This document shows, piece after piece, positions 37,953 through 50,657 of a DNA stretch of 64,000 nt. A program made the translations under genes and the position numbers. This DNA comes from Felis catus (lineage: Eukaryota): NCBI RefSeq assembly GCF_018350175.1, contig NC_058368.1:8556001-8620000 (forward strand), given 5' to 3'. The notes under the pieces were generated by a model. That model did not search any database and was not told where the DNA came from. It saw nothing but the letters and a program-made list of their open reading frames with translations. The stretch's first letter is position 1. Every line of letters starts with the position of its first letter.

Positions 37953-39568
37953 AAAATAATTTTTACTAATAATGGTTGTTTCACTGGAGAAAGTGTCCAG
38001 GGAGCTTGTGCCACCATTGTGGAAGAGGTCTCTCTTATGTGTGCTCAGTTTTATTGAACATTAATTGTTATCATTTGTTTACCGAGGGCTTATTATGCAC
38101 CTTGATAGGTTATTTCTGTCAATATTCTTAAATAGCCCAAGGACACTGAGTAATTGAAAAAAACGTATTCCTCTGACATGCTGCACTTGGAAAATAGTAA
38201 GGAGTGCACATTTTTCTAATTAAATTCCTTTTATGAGAAACTAAGATTAACCTAAGGCACATTCACTCAGAGCAGCTGAATGTAATGCACAAGAGCACCT
38301 TTCACAGGGCAGGTGGGCATGTCATCTTCTGTTGACCTTTTCAAAGTGTGGTCCAGGCACTACTGAATGAGGATCGCTGAGGTGCTTGTTTAGAAGACTG
38401 AGTTTTGAGCCCCAGCCCAGCCTAATTCTCATGCAGAGAGACCAGCGCAGGTATTCAGCTCACACACAGGCTGCATTAATGTGTGCAAGTTTGACTACTG
38501 CAAACTTCAGCTAAACTTGATTGAATAATAACGTCAAAACCACCGTGCTAGACACGGGTGGTTTCTCAAGAACAATAAGACCTGCTTTTCCAAACCCCAG
38601 AGGTATGTAAACTATTTGTGAGATTTATCTGGTAGAAAGAGAGACTGTTGGATAGTAGCTTGATGTATAGATTATATAAAATTTAGCAAAATTATGTATA
38701 CTGAGAGTTGGGGCAAGACATACTCCCACAAGTAGCCCCCCCCCCCACACACACACCCCATGTGCCTTTATTGGAAGGGAGAGCTGGACGAAGAGAAAGT
38801 GAAAGCCTGGAAGTCACTTAGAGCCTTACTTCGTGTGTACTTGGGTCCCTGCATTGTTGAGTCCTCTCTCTACATGTTCTGCCGCTACCTTTCCTCCGAC
38901 GGCACGAACAGTCATTGAATATGGTCAAGGGTAGGGTAGAATAAATTCCTCCTTGAGCATTTTCCATGCCCTTATTGCCTTACATAATGATTTAATAAAC
39001 TAAGTTTTCATTCTTAAATATTAAATGAATGTTTACTACGTGCCAAGGTTCTCTGTTAGAAATTTTGAACTTTCCTTCCTTCCCAAATATGGGTTTGTTT
39101 TCTTGGGAAAAAAATTAGTCCACGTTCTTCTCATGTGACTTGATGTAACCTTAGGTCAGTTATTGATTAACTGGGCTGGGAAAGAGGTTATATATAACCA
39201 AAACTAGTATCCAAATGTGGTGGGTTTAGTGTATACTTACTGTTGAAATTGCATCTGATTTTTTAGCAACTCTTTTACTGTTTTACAGGCACTGTTCAAA
39301 ATTGAGTTGGTGCAAACTTACTGTGAAGGTGGTATCTGATATATGGGGATACTTTCATTGTTCTGGGGATATCACCTAAAAGTACACAAAAGGATAGGAG
39401 AACAGTTGGAGGCGTTGACATGGCATTTAATTGCTGATACAGAAGGGCCATTATTACTTATTAAGCAGTGATGATTTCTCATCATATTTGAACGTTTTTC
39501 CCCCAAGCATTAGGACAGAACTGAATTGGGAATACTGCAGCCCCAGCTCTCTGCACTCACCCAGTTTT

Positions 39569-39605
39569 TCCTCCTCCTCCTCCTCCTCCTCCTCCTCCTC
39601 CTCCT
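39569..39605. repeat. (CCT)n trinucleotide repeat
   Basis: About 12 CCT units. Confidence 0.95.
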
Positions 39606-40002
39606 GACCCAGAAATCAAGAAACCAGAGTTGTGCGTATTCTGTTTTCACATGGATGTGCAACTGGCTACAGACTCCCTCTTAGGGAGAGCTCCCGGTAG
39701 AGGAAGAGGCACCAGTGGTCCAGCGTGGCATCTGTTGGTTCTCTAAAGATTTCCACACATAGATCTGTTTCTAATGTAGATTCTTCATTGATTTTCAGAT
39801 GTCGTTAAAAACGAATAAATGGCTTCTTTTATTATTAGTTTGCAACCTGGTTAATCTTTTAGTAGATAATAAAGAGTGAGGAACGCTGCTGAACGGTCTG
39901 CATATAAGCACTCACAGTAAATATGGCTGCAGCTGAAAGTTCCTAAATGGCTTGACTAGAAATTTATATAGAATATTAGGACACTTGCCCCTTTTTCCTT
40001 TT

Positions 40003-40003
40003 T

Positions 40004-40057
<54 letters not shown>

Positions 40058-40273
40058 ATTTTTTTTTCTTTTAACGTTTATTTTTGAGACAGAGAGAGAC
40101 AGAGCATGAACAGGGGAGGGTCAGAGAGAGAGAGGGAGATATAGAATCTGAAACAGGCTCCAGGCTCCGAGCTGTCAGCACAGGGCCCAACGCAGGGCTC
40201 GAACTCATGGACCGCGAGATCATGACCTGAGCCGAAGTTGGATGCTCAACCGACTGAGCCACCCAGGCGCCCC
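40003..40273 (-). mobile_element. Feline CanSINE with a (TTTA)n-expanded tail
   Basis: Reverse SINEC body. Perfect TSD gcccctttttcctttt at 39987-40002 and 40274-40289. Confidence 0.95.
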
Positions 40274-41241
40274 GCCCCTTTTTCCTTTTAAGGACTATTA
40301 AAGGGCATTTGTGTGTGATAACATTCTGGTTCTATCTGGTATTGAAAGGCTCTTTTGGTGTGGAGATGATCATTGCAGCGGCTATGAACGGAGCCTGATT
40401 CAGACATCATCATGCTGAGATAGTAGATTTATAACATGATGTTTTATTATTTCGAAATTAGCCGGCTTTGCACATCTTTGGGAACTAATTTTAAGCTTAG
40501 TTTAATTTTTGAATTTTAGTTTAACATAAAAACCCATCGTGGAAAAAGAATTAAAAAAGCCTAGTAGTTTTAACTAGAGCATCTATCAAGTTCTGTTACA
40601 AGCGGTAATATTTGGAATATATCTTTGAGGCCAGTTTTATCATCACCAGTCCTTCCATTGGTTCTGAAGTGTTAGGTCAAGTGCCCAAGGTTACACAGCC
40701 AGTAAATCATACAGACTGGATTTCAGTCTGGCCAGTTCCCCAGTTTATGCTCACCTCATTCCTACAATGAATGGAATGCTAGCAAACAACTCTTTTGTGC
40801 ATGCTTCTATGATTTCTCACCAAGTGTTTGTAATTGCTGATGAATATTTACCACAAGGGCTCTTTACCCATTGCATGTCAGACTTTAAGGTGTATGTCAC
40901 TTTCACAGTTCTAGGGTAGCTTGCAACAGTACAAGTTCATTCCATTCAGCGTCCTAAGCACTGTCTACCTTTATTTATGGCCATGTAATAGGGCTAGTTG
41001 TCTATTCTTTTCTCATCTGCCTGCTGCCTCTCCTCCTGTGTAAGTTCTCTGAAGCTCCCAGCCCACAGCGAGGAGCTTTTCTCATAAAGATGTATTTGTG
41101 ACTATGCTGAACCGCACCGTACAACATCAATTGTGTTCAGTTTATGATAGAGTTAGATTACTATTCATAGTCTGTGTATTCCTCTGTCTCGTTGTCAACT
41201 GATTTTTTTCGTTTTGTTTGTTTGGTTTGGGTTCGTTATAG

Positions 41242-41439
41242 CAGATTTAAAGAAAGCCTCCGGTTCAAATGCTGCAAAATCCAATCTACCAAAATCTGGA
41301 CTTCGTCCTCCTGGATACTCACGTCTCCCAGCAGCCAAGCTGGCGGCGTTTGGCTTCGTGCGGAGCTCCAGCGTGTCCTCGGTCTCCAGCACCCAGTCCG
41401 CGGACAGTGCGCAGCCGGAGCAGAGCAGACTGGCCAACC
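41242..41439 (+). CDS. MTUS2: Internal coding exon (198 nt, or 195 nt from 41245; phase 1-1) of microtubule-associated scaffold protein 2 (TIP150/CAZIP)
   Basis: The peptide [65 protein letters not shown] matches mammalian MTUS2 as I recall it. It is preceded by a T-rich tract ending TAG/CAG (41239-41244) and followed by the donor C|GTAAGT (41440-41445). The exon is locally CpG-rich. Confidence 0.9.
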
Positions 41440-41622
41440 GTAAGTGGGCGGGGCGGGTGGGCGGGGCCGGCTGCGTTGTTCCCTGTGGGACACGCCCCTA
41501 GGACCACACAGGGGCAGGTGAATGGCCGTATCTTCATTACTTCAATATGGGCATTTCTTCAATATGGGCATATGGGTATAACGGCTTCATTTCTTTGTGT
41601 TTGAAAGAGTTGATTTGACTTC

Positions 41623-41679
41623 CTATTATATTATATTATATTATATTATATTATATTATATTATATTATATTATATTAT
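41623..41679. repeat. (TATTA)n pentanucleotide repeat
   Basis: About 11 units, starting about 185 nt downstream of the exon donor. Confidence 0.95.
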
Positions 41680-44600
41680 TTACTTCCTTAATCTACCATT
41701 GTTAGGACTTTAGAAAATGATCTACTGAAGGAAAAAAGGCCTGTTTGGCACTATCGTTTTTTTCAATTATGAGGAATTAGAGTGCCAGAAAAAGACTTAA
41801 ATCTAGAAAATGACTTAACCAGGTACTGATTCCAGGAGCCGTTTGCTCATGGATTCTATGTAAGAAGTCAAAGAAAGATCCAACACAGGTGTTCCCATGT
41901 TGTGCTATCATGAAGCATATTATGTATTAGATATTAGTGGTGAGAATCCTTTTAGTCACCTGGGATTACCTGTCATGGCTTCATTTTGGTGGAGCACTTG
42001 GCTGGATTTCTCAAAGTTACCTAAACAGTGTGAAAAATAGAAAAGTAGAGCTGAGCTTCTTCAATTCTGCCCAGAAAGGTCCCCATTGGCTGAGTGATGC
42101 TACTCTAGGCCTGGCTCCCGAGACTGATGTTGGAAGCTGTGTTTTAAAGTATGAATTAATAGTCTCAGAGCAAGTCACAAACAGCCACCGTTCTAAAGGA
42201 GATCTGGAGGCCGCCCCACTGACCTGAGCCTTTGATGACCAAAGCCCATCTCAGCCTGTCAACTTCAAAGTCATTGTTATTGGATCTGAAACCATGACAT
42301 CTCGGACGTTGGTTAGCAAGAACTGGCCAGAGGACCAGGGAAGTCTTAGAGGTTTTCATGTGGAGTGCTGTTCGGGAGGGATTACAGTAGTTGAATCGTG
42401 CTGAAGTGAGTAGTGAGAGAAAGAAACAGAGGGCAAGACGGGGTATGTGGGAGGGGAGAGGTGGAGAACAAGATTGATTTATATTATTTTCTAAATTTCT
42501 TTTCTCTGAGCTTGCTCTTTCTCTATCCTTTCTTGGGTTCACAGAGATGACGCGTGGCACATTCATACCTGCAAAGTTCTAAATTTTGGTCTACCTGGTT
42601 CTTCCTAAACATAATGCATTACCTTTTCCTTGATCTTGATGTGTTTGTAAGCAGTTTCTGAGAGGTTTTTTGCTCACTTGGTTTCCTAAAGGTGCTGCAT
42701 CTCAGAACTGCTTTCACACAGGAGTACACTTGTCATTAGGGATTTCATCAGATTCTCAAAATCTGAAAGAGCTCTTTGCAAGTGTGTAACTCATATTTTT
42801 CCATGTGTGTGCGTATTGACAACCTGAAGATTTTTAAGTATAGGAGCAACTATTTGTCATCTTTTTTAGTAGTAAAATCCCTGGTGGCATGTTTCTCTTT
42901 TAGAGGAAGCAGCATGAGTGATTAATAGAAAAAAAAAAAAAGTACTTTTTGGTATATATCTTTCCGAGGAAGAAGTTAAGGCCTTGGTTTCTTTAAAAAA
43001 TAAGAACCATCTCGGGATGATTGAGCTTCGTTCCCATGGTAGCAGTTTTTGCTAAAGGAGAGCTGATAGGTGTGGACAGAATAATTCCAGGTGTGCTTAT
43101 GGCATTTCTTCTCACATCTGCTTGAAAGGATGCTAGAGAGGGACACCCTGAGCACCCGGGGAGGCAAGAGCCATTATGTGCCAAGGAAAATAACTCCTAC
43201 TTTAAAGACTTCATAGTAAAATAATAAATTAATTATTAATACATAATTATTAATATGTAATGCATTAGTTATTAATACATAATAGATATGCATTTAGAAT
43301 TCTTTTCCAGTTTTTAAAAAAGCAGCATTAGAATTGATGTGCCACCTAACCATGTGTAAAATTTATACTTCACCAATAAACCTCAGAAAAATTTCTCACT
43401 TATTTGAATTGATATCTGAGTGCCATTAACCACCTGCTAATACTTGTTATTAGATGTAATGTCAAAAATTTTGTTTCTGTTCTTTAGTGGAGGGATGATG
43501 CTTTGATGACAAAGATTAAGTAAAATATGAGGCACTCAAAAGAGCCAAAAGTCCTTAGATCAAACCACAGGAGCCAAGCTTTGTTGGTTTAGCTCATGGA
43601 AACAGCTAGCATATCAGAGCTGGTTCCTTTTTCCTTCTTGGAACATTGGTCTTTCTTCAAACAGTACATTCACGTAGAATTGCGTTTAGGAATACCACAG
43701 TAATTAGGAATTATATTATGGCACAGTAGATGTCTCAAAATCTGAAACATGACTCTAATAAGGAACTGTTTGAAAGTGCGCAGCTCATATTTTTAGATAC
43801 TCATGTGCCTATAAACAGTCCGAACAGTGTCCATGATGACCGAAGCATGCTATATTTAGGACACTTTTCAGTGATTCATTATGAACTTAGTGTTTCCTGG
43901 ATGACTTTGGCTTAGCTACAGCTCGCTCTCCCTGCGGCTTTTCTAAAGGGTCCTGAGGGGCAGGTGACAATGAGAGTGGAGAGGAGAGACCCCTGGGCTC
44001 CCCTGGACCTGGGTCTCGGCTGTTGGGTGTGGAATCTACTCTCCACCCTGGACTCTGGTTCTCTACCATATCTTCAGGCCCACTGGGCACTAAGTCAAGG
44101 GCCCTTCCGTGTCTTTTTATCTTTTCCACAAAGTTTTGACAAATGGAGCAGACACAGAGAAATGAATTATGCCTGTATGTACTTAGATCATATTACTTCT
44201 ATTATGAAGCCCTTTGAAGAGACCCTAAAATCAGGGTATCTTGGGACCCAGTCCACCCCCTCATTTTAAAGCTAGCAAACTGAGATCAAAGTGACTCATT
44301 CTGGCTCCTGGGCCAGTGTTCTTCTTCTGTGTAGTCCTTAAAGTTGCCACATAAGGTGAAGAACCACTCATGATTTAAAGTCTTTTCTTCCTGTTCGTGA
44401 AGCAAGTTAGAGTCAGAGTGGCCTGGAGGGACCCTGTAGACTGAACTCACCTTTCCCCCACTTCCTGGGTTGTCAGCCGGCCCCTGTGTAAACACTGAAT
44501 GATAGAGAACATTCCATCTTGTGAAGAAGCTGCCTTTGAGACGGGATAGCTCTCGTCACGAGGCAGTGCTCTGTGTGGGTTCAGGCTGCCTCCCTGTAAT

Positions 44601-45844
44601 TGCCAACTAGTCACTCAGTTCCTGTGGACTGGTACAGAACCTTGACATTCATTGTATTGCAGGCGACGGCCCTCCCAGCCCCCTTCACTCCTTTATAGGT
44701 TCATCACGTGAAGATTGTGAGGCTGGTACCTTTAGAACCTCAAATAAAATACCGAATTACCCTAGTTAGCAACTCACGGCTTTTTTAAAGATTTAAACTG
44801 AAGAGAGACAAAGTAATTCCCTAACTTAAGCTTAAACTTTAAATCATATATTTGAGCAGGTCTGACCCAGTGTGTAGCTCATAATTTTTTTTTTAACAGT
44901 TTTCAGAGACCAAACCAAAAAAAAAAAATCTCCAACTTAGAGAAGAAAAATTACTGTGGAATTTAGTGCTGGTAATGCATTAGAGCCTAAACTGTATCTA
45001 GATTGTCAGATTTATCAGCAGCTAGCTGTAGACTTGATTTTCCCAGTGGATAGGTACAATTTAAAGTTAAACTTTTGGAGGGTATGGAGGGGAGTAGGGA
45101 AACTTGAGGATTTCATGAATTAATCATTAATGAAAATAGTTCATATCACCGAAAGATAGAATAATTTCTATAAGAGGATCTTATCTCATTGTGTATTCCG
45201 AGTAGCACCTAACGTGTTGAGTGCTCAAGAAATAAGAAAATCTCTATCTAAAAAGAATATGATGTAGACGGTGGTATTTGCAGTGGTCCCTTATGGTTTC
45301 CCTCCCACTTCTTCTCCATTCGAATCTGCCATGTGTTCTCCATGGGGTGAGCGAAGACCAGAACTCACGAGACAAAGAACTTAAAGAGTAAAAAAAGAAA
45401 AATGAGGCGTTTCTTCTTGTTTCTTTCCCTGGTGCAGAGAGGTAGTAGCGTTTGGGGAAGTAGGAATACAGCTGGCGAGGTGGACGGAGAGGCTGACATT
45501 GTATAAATGATCACGACACAAGCGTATATGTGCCTACAGCCTTGAAAATGATACAAAGTTGGGTAATTGTTCCTGGCTTGGGGTGGAGGGTTAATTTCTG
45601 ATTGGGGTGATCGGGGAGTTTCTCAGAGGGGTTGTATTTTGGGAGGCGGAGACGGGCTCTGGGAGATCTTTTGTAGGAGAGCTATTGGAGCATCCAGAAA
45701 ACCCCCTGAATTTGAGGGGTTGCTATATGGCACATCCCCTCATGTGCCTGCCAGTTCCTCGTAGAGTCATCTGTGTTCCGTACCCCGAGGCCTTATGTGC
45801 TTGAGCTCCCCAAAGTTGTTCTCACGAGGCATCTCTTCCAATTC

Positions 45845-46056
45845 TTTTTTTTTTTTTTAAGTTTATTTATTTTTGAGAGAGCAAGAGAGAGCAGGGGAGG
45901 GGCAGAGAGAGAGGGAAGGAGAGAGAAAATCCCAAGCAGGCTTCGCACCGTCAGCGCAGAGCCCGATGCAGGGCTCAGACTCACAAACTGTGAGACCATG
46001 ACCTGAGCTAGAATCAAGAATTGGACACTTGACTGACTGAGCCACCCAGGCACCCC
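45845..46056 (-). mobile_element. CanSINE
   Basis: Reverse body. TSD ctcttccaattcttt / ctctttcaattcttt. Confidence 0.93.
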
Positions 46057-46059
46057 TCT

Positions 46060-47030
46060 TTCAATTCTTTAGGCTTCCCCGTGTTCATCTTATCCATACT
46101 ATCGGCTCTTAGCCCTTTGAACACTCTGCCGACTCTGATCTGCCGCCTCAACCTCTCTCTGGAACCACTGACCCACATTTCACACGACGCCGAACACCTC
46201 CAACAGGCCGAGCCAAATTGCCTCAAACTGAACATTTCCCCCAAATGAATCTTTTATTATCATTTCCAGACCGGTACCTTCTCTCACGGTCACTCTGTTA
46301 ATGATATCTGTGATCTGGCTACTGAGGCTGGAAATTTCGGGATCAGCATTTCCTCTCACCTTCTTTTTGTCGTCCTTTCTATTCCGTGATCACATCTGGT
46401 CCATTCTCACTCTCTCATGTACTCCATCCTCTTTCATCTGCTCACCTTACTTTAAATCTGTAGCACCTCTCACCTAAGCCATTCCCACTGCGTCGTCACT
46501 CTGTAATCCTTAGCGCATGTGGTCCTAGATCATTTTCCCTTCCCCCCCTGTTATGATTGCTCCATGGTGCCCCTGCGCTTGCTACAGGTCCTTGCTGGAT
46601 GTTCTAGGTCCTCCGTGATCTGCTCTGGCAGATCCCACACACCATCCCCTCGTGTGCACCCTCAACTGGCCAACCAGAATCGTTCACTTTTTTCTCTGAG
46701 GGCTTCGTGCTTTCCTTTGAGGTGTTGGTGTAAACCATTCATCCGCGTAATGCTCTCCCCCTACTCCCAACCAAATTTCTCTGTAAGTTTTTCAGGCGTA
46801 ATTCAAATACCACTTCCTCTCAAAAATCTTCCCTCATCTGTGAACCAGAAACCATCTTTTCTCCTGAGAACTCCTATAGCCCCTTGCTTGGATTACTTCT
46901 GTGGATTATCACACGCCGGCTCGTGGTACTTACTTGTTTCTATGCCCTGTCTCCCCTACGGATTGTCAGCTCCCTGAGGACAGCAGCTAGGTCTCTTGAT
47001 AATTTTAGTATCCTTCATGTTATACCTAAC
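46060..47030 (+). mobile_element. L2 fragments
   Basis: Pyrimidine-rich L2 motifs ending gattgtcagctccctgaggacagcagctaggtct...tacctaacacggcct. Confidence 0.6.
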
Positions 47031-48799
47031 ACGGCCTTGACAATAGTACAGTGTCAAGAGAAATTCTTTCCCAGTGGAAATTCTCTATCATTTTCTCTTA
47101 TGTAAGAGTATGGAGCAAGAGAGATCCCTTAGAGGAACCTGAGCAGCTTTCAGAAGCATCTTGTACCGGGAACTTATTTTCACTTCATTAAGACTTTCAT
47201 GGGTTTTCATAGTTGGCGAAGTTCTTCATCAGTGTGGGTTTCATAGTTTTCTGGAATCTCTAAAATGTTACTTCTATGGACTGTGGTGTACTTATGGATA
47301 ATCTGTACAACTCAAAGAGTAGAAAAGATAATAGGTCATTTAAAGTATAATTATATTCAGAGATAAATCATCATGTAGACTGACTTAATAGTTTCATAGA
47401 TCTCTAATAACCTATATATCTCCTTGCCTATAATTAGCCACTTTAAAAGAATTGGCATAAAACCCTACCATTGAGGCTTTTCATGGGAGAATTTAAGAGT
47501 CTTCAAAATTAAATATCTTAATTGGAGAGGTTAGATATTTTCATTACGTTTTAGAGTTTATTTTTTATTTAAGTACTTAAGTCAGTAGATGTTTTTTTAA
47601 TTATCAAATAGGATTTGGGTTCTGGAGATAATATTCTAAACTGGAAAATCACTAGCCTTTTTGGAAGATTAATCAATGAAACTAAGGGTTAATAAGAAAG
47701 CTTTTTGTAATGTTAACTTCAGCATTTATGCTCATGAATACCATAAAATACATTTACATAAATAACACTTTTGATTTTCTGTATCTGACATGAATTCAAA
47801 ATAAGTTCAGAGTTGCCAAGAAGTATTATTAATAACTCCTACTAAAACAGTCATTAATCTATTTCATGTTCCATTGGCAAGGAGGGAGTCATTTTTTATT
47901 CATGGAGAAAGGAGCTGAAAGGGACCTGTGAGGTCAGATTTCAGAGAAGCTCTTGCCTATTTGAGATGAAGCTTTATTGACATCTTTGTACTTCCTTTTC
48001 AAAACACTCAAATAATTATCAGGTCCACCTGGAGGTGGGATTAGAGCGTGAATGTATCCCATTTTGTTTTTTAAAAAGTTGACCATTTTTCGTTGTAAGA
48101 AACGTAAACTGAAATTTCGGGGATAATATTTGTATCATGTCTAGTTGAGCTGCCCCATTTTTCTTGGCTGGCTGGTTTTGTGACTGTCAGATTGTCCACT
48201 TGCCCTTCCCCAAACCAGCCCTCTTTCAGCGTCTGTTGTGGGATAAGTCCAGAGCTCAGCACTGCAGCTCTTGTGACTGAGACACCATGATCTTATTCTA
48301 GCAAAGTTAGAATCCAGCGGAGAGACAGGAGTGTGAAAATAAATCCACGTAGGGAACTGGGAGTGTGGCCATGGCTGAAGACTGCATAGCATTTGGTGGT
48401 TGGGTGGTGGGTGGGGAGGAGGCATATAAAAAGGGGAACACCTAACCCTCCTGAGTTGGGGGTAAGGGTAAGGAAAGCCCTCACGCCCTTTATCCCCTCC
48501 CCTGCCCCCCTGCCTGTCTCAGCACCACTGCATTGTATCTTCAGATCTCATTATTCCACATTTTAGGTTATGACAGTGCTCTGGCTTTGCTATGAAATAA
48601 TCTGGCAAAAAAAAAAAAACCTCTGAAAAAAGATTAAAAAAGATAGGTAAATTGTTCATATTCCTTGAAGCTGGATGATGGAACTATGAAGACTTATTGC
48701 ACTATTTACTTTACTTTTTTGCACTGTTTACTTTTTTTCCATAAAAGAAGGTTAAAATCTCATCTCCCCCCCGCATTGGCTTTCATTTCTGAAGACACC

Positions 48800-49030
48800 A
48801 GATAGCATAGGGGTGAAGGAAGTAGGCTGCTTGGGTTTGTGTCCCGTCTCCACCATTCACTAGCTCCGTGACTTGGGGCAAGTTACTTAATCTCCCAGGG
48901 CCTCTGTTTTCCCGTTGTAAAATAAGAATAAATAGAAATAAGTGTAAAAAACCACCAGAGGATTGGGAATATTAAATGGAATGGATGAAAGGCAAAGTGC
49001 TCAGAAAAGGGCCTTGCATATTAATAATGA
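48800..49030 (+). mobile_element. MIR SINE
   Basis: Core gtgacttggggcaagttacttaatctcccagggcctctgttttcccgttgtaaaataagaata. Confidence 0.8.
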
Positions 49031-50440
49031 TAATGGCTCAATGACCATTTCCATTCATTGGCCGTGTGCATAAAGTTCTATGTTGAGAAGGATTTAAAAG
49101 CTCATTTGGAAAAATGGCCCTGATGGATTAGTGGTAATGATAACATATAAGTCAGAGAGATGATGTCTATTTCATTTCTAAATTTTTGTAATCCCCTCTG
49201 TCATGTACGGTGAATACCTCTCTGAACATTAAGATGAAACATTTATCATTTATGCAACATTAAAGGTGGCAGTTCTAGAAGTCGATCGGTAGATTTTCAT
49301 GGGTATCTCTTTTGGGCTTTAAGCTTCACGCTGTTTGGAAATTCATAAAATACAGGCAAGGAAAGTCTTGTTTTGTTTTCTTTATCTAAAAGGGTTCTGC
49401 CATGCCCTTAGCATGTTATCATTTTAAGGAAACACATTCATTTGGGTTTCCTTTAAATGAAACATATTTATGCAAGGTGACTAATCCATAGCACATTAAT
49501 CTAAGCCGATGGCATTTAAAACCTCTGCTCAAAATAGAAACTGGGAGTTGGATCTGATTTTATTTCTGTGCCTTTCTAATGTCTGTAGGAAAAAGTGGGA
49601 ACATTCGATTTTGTAGCGTATAAAGAGCTTCACGCAGCCTCTCGTTCCGCTAGAGTCTAATTTCCATTGTACTAGGGTCTTACTTTGTCAAATATCTCAA
49701 TCCGATTTAGGTGGGCGGGGAAAAGAGAAGAGTGAGAACAAAAACCAAAATAAGCTTCTGATTTTCTCTGGAAATGAGGAAGTCAAACACATGTCACTGA
49801 TGGATTTAAATACCTATTTCCCTGGAATCTGTAATTATGTAATTTAAAGTATTCTTTATAAGGAAAAAATAGAATCGTTTTCACTGGCTCTTGCTGTTAA
49901 TTTTCCAGATTCTTCCCACTCAGTTCTTTTTTCTTCTTTCTTTGCTTCCTTCACACTCATTTACAAAGGAGAACATGGTTCTTCTGAGTACTATGCAGCA
50001 TTGCCTGTAAGTGAAAACATTTTCTTTATTGCTTAAGTAACATCTAATTTATCCACCTAGACTCAGCTGTGTGGACAGAACTGTTGGAAATCATATTGTC
50101 CCTCAAGAGGTTTCTAAGTGCCATAGTCTAAGCGTGTTCTAGCTTATTCAAGATATTTAATGAAGAAAGGATCCTTGGACTGTGGGAAGGGGTCAAGATA
50201 AGAAATACGCCATACTTGTGTGCAAGATATGCATCAAAATCAACATTTACGGTAATAGGACAATTCTGAGGAGGGTCAGTTAACTTCACTGGACTTCAAT
50301 TTTTGTTATAAACTTGGAAGAGATCGAATTAAATAAATTGCCCACTTTTGGCTCTCAGGAGCTAGCATCCTGTGGCTTTCTTCTGTTAAAATTATGCAGC
50401 CATTTATGATTCTGAAGTGGTGAATAATCAGAAGTGTATT

Positions 50441-50657
50441 GGGGGGCGCCTGGGTGGCTCAGTTGGTTAAGCGTCCGACTTCGGCTCAGGTCATGATCTC
50501 ACGGTCCATGAGTTTGAGCCCCGCGTCAGGCTCCGTGCTGACAGCTCCGAGCCTGGAGCCTGTTTCAGATTCTGTGTCTCCCTGTCTCTCTGACCCTCCC
50601 CCCGTTCATGCTCTGTTTCTCTCTGTCTCAAGAAAATAAATAAACGTTAAAAAAAAA
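50441..50657 (+). mobile_element. Feline CanSINE
   Basis: Full head, body and tail. TSD aagtgtatt at 50432-50440 and 50658-50666. Confidence 0.95.

Noticed and set aside
41540..41572. Short tandem duplication cttcaatatgggcat x2 near the exon
   Set aside because: It is real but looks like an ordinary slippage duplication with no evidence of function.
43030..43043. RFX X-box-like gttcccatggtagc
   Set aside because: A single imperfect motif is expected by chance in 64 kb and has no supporting context.
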